The notes under the pieces were generated by a model that was not told where the DNA came from, searched no databases, and saw only the letters and a list, made by a program, of their open reading frames with translations. Made by a program: the position numbers and the translations under genes. Positions 25,896 to 29,575 of a stretch of DNA of 29,575 bases are shown here, piece after piece (position 1 is the stretch's first letter; every line of letters starts with the position of its first letter). The DNA is from a virus (lineage: Duplodnaviria; Caudoviricetes): positions 1 through 29,575 of IMG/VR virus record IMGVR_UViG_3300044454_000252. One strand, given 5' to 3'.

Positions 25896-28800
25896 AGATC
25901 TGCCTGAAAAAGAACCTGAAATCTCCATAGCAGCCTGCCTGCATCCATTCTCGACGCAATCGATGCGCTCGCTGGTGCGTCCGGGATTGAGCCTTTTCCA
26001 GATATTCAACGAAAAAGAATACAAAGCAATTTTCTGTCATGCCCACAATGTCTTTGTTTTCGTAAACGACGACCTGATCGAAGCAAAGGACTGGTACACC
26101 TTCTATCCGGAACCGGGAGATATTATTTCGATCCGTGTCTTCCCGATGGGATCGAACAACGCCGGCAGCGGATCAGGAGGGAAAAATGGTGGACGCACCG
26201 CGGCTTTAATCGGCGTTACACTTCTTGCCATAGCAGCAAGCATAGCAACTTACGGGATGGCTGCAACTTATTTAGGGCCTGCCGTGTTTGGAGCATGGAC
26301 GGCAGAAGCAGCCATGATGGGAGCTGCCATTGCCGGCACAGCTGTTTCGATTGCCGGAAATCTTTTGGTCAACGCCCTTATCCCAATCCAGAAAGCACAT
26401 GGCCCCAAAGCTGAAGAAGGCAAATTCAGTATCACCGGAACCCGCAATGCCATCGAGCCTTACGGCGCGGTCACACGGGTCTTCGGTAAGCACAAGCAGT
26501 ATCCGAAATATGCGGCACTTCCCTATACCGAACTCGTCGGTCAGGATTCTTACCTACGCTGTCTATTCCTGGTCGGCAAAGGCAAGTACAAAAACTCCGC
26601 ACACAAAATCGGCGACACGGCGATCACATCCTACTCCAATGTCACCATGGAGGAATACTTCAGCGGAGACACCAAAAGCCACTACGCGCTTTATCCGGAC
26701 ACGATCAACGAATCCCAGATCAACGTCGGGCTGACGGTCGCTGCCGGCTGGCAGGAGCAGACCACCGCCACCAACACCGATGAAGTCTCGCTCGAGTTCT
26801 CATTCCCGTCCGGGCTCTGCCGGAACAAGTCCGACGGCCACATGGGTAACGCCGCGGTCGACTTCGATATCCAATATTCACCATACGGGCAAAGCACCTG
26901 GACGAACGTCACCAACATGGTGAAGCTGACCTTTTCGGGAACTCCAAGCGTCAGTATCGCCGTCGGTCAAACTGGTATCGGCCAGTCTTCTGGAGCCCAG
27001 GGCACCGTCAAATACGCCCATTACACTTCGGCCAACGTTCCTACCGGATCAAACGACGAGTGGGGAAGCCCGATCTATCAGTACGTTGAATTCTGCGACT
27101 ACGTGACCATTCAGGTCACATCGGGCACCTTTTCACAGACCGAAGTCGTCCGCTTCGCAGCCGCCTACAACGCCACCAACACCTCGGCTGTCAGCATGGC
27201 GGCCTACTCGGTCTCCGGTCAAACCAGGACTCTCTATCGAGCCGGCTACACGATCCCGCTGCCTCGTGGCCAATGGCGAATCCAGGTCAAACGAGTAACC
27301 GCTGACGGCCGGCAGGACTATTCCGACGCAAGCTACTGGACGGTGATCAGAAGCCTGCGTCACGAAGCCCCGGTCGTCCAACCCGGATGCACCCTGATTG
27401 GTCTGCGCATCAAGGCAACCGACCAGCTGAACGGCGTGATCGATCAGTTCAATCTGATCTCCGAGGCGATCCTGCCGACCTATAACGGCGCCACCTGGAG
27501 TGAAGTCGTCACCCGGAACCCGGCCTGGGCCTTCTGCGAAGTCCTGAAGGGCAACTCCAACGAGCGTCCCCTGGCGGACGCCAGGATCAATCTTACGGCC
27601 GTCCGTATATGGGCCACCAACTGCGAGGCGGCCGGCCGGACTTTTGATTATGTACTCGACCAGCAGACAACCGTCTGGGAGCTTCTCAAAGATATCTGCG
27701 CGGTCGGCCGTGCCGCCCCGGGGATTATCGACAACAAGTTTACCGTCATTCAGGATGTGGCCCAGGCCACTCCAATCCAGCACTTCTCGCCCAGGAACTC
27801 CTGGGGTTTCAAAGGTAAGCGTGCCTTTCCGGACTTCCCGCATGCTTTCCGGGTGTCGTTTAAAAACGAGACCAAGGACTACCAGCAAGACGAGATCTAT
27901 ATCTACGATGACGGGTACACCAGCGCCAACGCCAGCAAGTTTGAGAACCTCGAATTCCGCGGCGTGGTGAACTCCGATCAGATCTGGAAACTCGCTCGCT
28001 ATCATATCTTCTGCGTACGTCTGCGGCCCGAGGTCTTCGAATTCTCAGCCGATGTCGAGCACATGGTCTGCACCCGGGGAGACCTCATCCGGCTGACCCA
28101 CGATGTGATCAAGGTCGGCCTAGGGCAAGGTCGGGTGCGCAGCATGACCACCGGCGGCGGCAATATCCTGACCCTGACGCTGGATGATGCCTTCACGATG
28201 GGCGTCTCCGGTAACTACGGCTGCCAGTTCCGCCGCGGCAGCAACGCCACCTACGGGACCTTCACGGTCAACCGGGTGAACGGCGACAACACGACGATTA
28301 CGCTTTCTTCAACCCTCACGATCGGAAACGGACCCGAAGTTGGCGACATGGTCTTCTACGGAATCGCCGGATCCGAATCAATCCTATGTCTGGTTTCAAG
28401 GATCGATCCCGGGCCTGATCTCTCCGCCAAGATTTCAGCCGTCAATTACGACTCCAGAATCTACACGGATTCCGACACCGGGCAGATCCCGGCGTGGAAC
28501 TCCGGGATCACCCAGGATCCGATTGTAAACCGGACACCTCCACCGCCCAAAATCGAAGCCTACAGCTACAGTTTTAAGACTGCCAACCTGAACGACGACG
28601 GCACTTACGGGATCGAAATGGAAGTCGTCTTCTCAGCCCAGCAGACCGGCTTCATCCAAGGGGGGACACAGGCTGAGGGGGGGCCCGATATCATCAGCGC
28701 TTTCCAGGCTCAATACTGCATCGACGATGGCCAGTGGATCACCCTGCCCTCGATTGCCAAGGAAGCGCGCAATTTTACCTTTCCGGTTTTTAACGGCTCA

Positions 28801-29575
28801 TCGTACGATTTCAGGATCCGAAGCCTTTCAACCCCCGGGAACTATTCCGCCTGGGATGCCGTCTCGAACGTGACAATTTCAATCGCCGGCAACACCCCAG
28901 CCAACGTCTCCGGTTTTCAGGTCAAAGGCGGTGGCACGGCTTTCTCGACCGCGGATATCGAAATCGAGTGGACGGCCGTCACCGGCGGCGGCACGGTTGG
29001 TCTGCGGGTCAAAGACTACGAACTCAAAGTTTACACCTCGGATGGCCTGACCCTTCTGCGCACCGAGTATGTGGTCGGAACCTATTATCTTTACAGCTGG
29101 ACGATGAACGTCCAGGATGGCGGGCCCCGGGCATCGATCCAGTTTAAGATCAAGGCCCGCACGGTCTGGGACACGCTCTCCGCCACGGCCACAACTCTCA
29201 CCGCCATCAACGCAGCCCCTGCAGCCCCGGCAAGCCTCGGGAACCAGACCGTCCAGGGCGGGGTCGAGTTCTACTGGAATGCCAACACTGAACGTGATCT
29301 GAAATACTATCAATACCGCACCAAAATCACATCCGGCGGCACCTTCAGCGCCTGGTACCCGACGCTTGCGACCGGCTACCTGCGCATGCTGACCACCGCT
29401 GAGAAAGTTTCTTATGGTGGTGGAGCAACGATCTATATTGAAGTCAAGGCAACCGATATCTTCAACCAGGATTCGAGCTCATCCGCCAGCAACGCTGTCG
29501 CCGGAAGCCTCAATATCGCTTCAACGGATATCGCTACCTTTGCGGTAACCGCCAGCAAGGTTTTCAACTATATTC
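25888..29575 (+). CDS. Tail tip / host specificity protein (gpI-like N-terminus fused to gpJ-like body), 3'-truncated
   Basis: Absent from the ORF track, consistent with no stop inside the window. ATG 25888 gives MSEDLPEKEP..., VFVND...W...P..GD.I, GGK plus hydrophobic stretch, SITGTRN...PYG.V..VFG, TRNPAW, CTRGDLI.L.HDV, then FN3-like segments. Confidence 0.88.
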   Translation, partial: MSEDLPEKEPEISIAACLHPFSTQSMRSLVRPGLSLFQIFNEKEYKAIFCHAHNVFVFVNDDLIEAKDWYTFYPEPGDIISIRVFPMGSNNAGSGSGGKNGGRTAALIGVTLLAIAASIATYGMAATYLGPAVFGAWTAEAAMMGAAIAGTAVSIAGNLLVNALIPIQKAHGPKAEEGKFSITGTRNAIEPYGAVTRVFGKHKQYPKYAALPYTELVGQDSYLRCLFLVGKGKYKNSAHKIGDTAITSYSNVTMEEYFSGDTKSHYALYPDTINESQINVGLTVAAGWQEQTTATNTDEVSLEFSFPSGLCRNKSDGHMGNAAVDFDIQYSPYGQSTWTNVTNMVKLTFSGTPSVSIAVGQTGIGQSSGAQGTVKYAHYTSANVPTGSNDEWGSPIYQYVEFCDYVTIQVTSGTFSQTEVVRFAAAYNATNTSAVSMAAYSVSGQTRTLYRAGYTIPLPRGQWRIQVKRVTADGRQDYSDASYWTVIRSLRHEAPVVQPGCTLIGLRIKATDQLNGVIDQFNLISEAILPTYNGATWSEVVTRNPAWAFCEVLKGNSNERPLADARINLTAVRIWATNCEAAGRTFDYVLDQQTTVWELLKDICAVGRAAPGIIDNKFTVIQDVAQATPIQHFSPRNSWGFKGKRAFPDFPHAFRVSFKNETKDYQQDEIYIYDDGYTSANASKFENLEFRGVVNSDQIWKLARYHIFCVRLRPEVFEFSADVEHMVCTRGDLIRLTHDVIKVGLGQGRVRSMTTGGGNILTLTLDDAFTMGVSGNYGCQFRRGSNATYGTFTVNRVNGDNTTITLSSTLTIGNGPEVGDMVFYGIAGSESILCLVSRIDPGPDLSAKISAVNYDSRIYTDSDTGQIPAWNSGITQDPIVNRTPPPPKIEAYSYSFKTANLNDDGTYGIEMEVVFSAQQTGFIQGGTQAEGGPDIISAFQAQYCIDDGQWITLPSIAKEARNFTFPVFNGSSYDFRIRSLSTPGNYSAWDAVSNVTISIAGNTPANVSGFQVKGGGTAFSTADIEIEWTAVTGGGTVGLRVKDYELKVYTSDGLTLLRTEYVVGTYYLYSWTMNVQDGGPRASIQFKIKARTVWDTLSATATTLTAINAAPAAPASLGNQTVQGGVEFYWNANTERDLKYYQYRTKITSGGTFSAWYPTLATGYLRMLTTAEKVSYGGGATIYIEVKATDIFNQDSSSSASNAVAGSLNIASTDIATFAVTASKVFNYI

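Larger units (their letters stand above)
1..29575 (+). mobile_element. Tailed phage or prophage late region (siphovirus-type, long non-contractile tail)
   Basis: Co-oriented dense genes in canonical order: adaptor, closure, neck, terminator, tail tube, frameshifted chaperone, tape measure, minor tail, NlpC/P60, tail tip. No sheath gene between terminator and tube. Confidence 0.95.

Noticed and set aside
25449-29313. Many short ORFs on both strands, suggesting a fragmented or pseudogenised region
   Set aside because: All overlap the NlpC/P60 gene or the single open frame from 25888 to the window end, which the track omits for lack of a stop.
25888-29575. N-x-S/T sequon enrichment in the tail tip protein
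   Set aside because: Many sequons are present, but the protein is Asn/Ser/Thr-rich and I cannot show an excess over chance without a shuffle test.

Overview
The whole 29.6 kb window is part of the late (morphogenesis) region of a tailed, siphovirus-type phage or prophage. All credible genes are on the + strand and tightly packed. The right half (16.2-29.6 kb) is a conventional module: head-tail adaptor, head closure, neck, tail terminator, tail tube, tail assembly chaperone with a -1 frameshift (G/GT type), tape measure, distal/minor tail proteins, NlpC/P60 and a tail tip protein running off the right edge. The left half (1-16.2 kb) is unusual. Eight sugar-synthesis or modification enzymes (four GT-A-type glycosyltransferases including a GT2-TPR, two radical SAM enzymes, a methyltransferase and a divergent UDP-glucuronate-decarboxylase-like SDR) are interleaved and translationally coupled with probable virion surface proteins. 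These include a 1025-aa protein with about 33 tandem ~22-aa repeats and a tandem-domain protein with its own promoter. This reads as a candidate virion glycosylation and fibre-decoration system. Non-coding signals found by eye are a 15-bp semi-palindromic motif (CTTAGCRAWASTAAR) at four gene junctions, two sigma70-like promoters, and a pseudoknot-capable RNA element before the tail chaperone. All family assignments come from motif recognition, not database searches. Capsid, terminase, lysis and integrase genes are not in the window, and the host cannot be determined.
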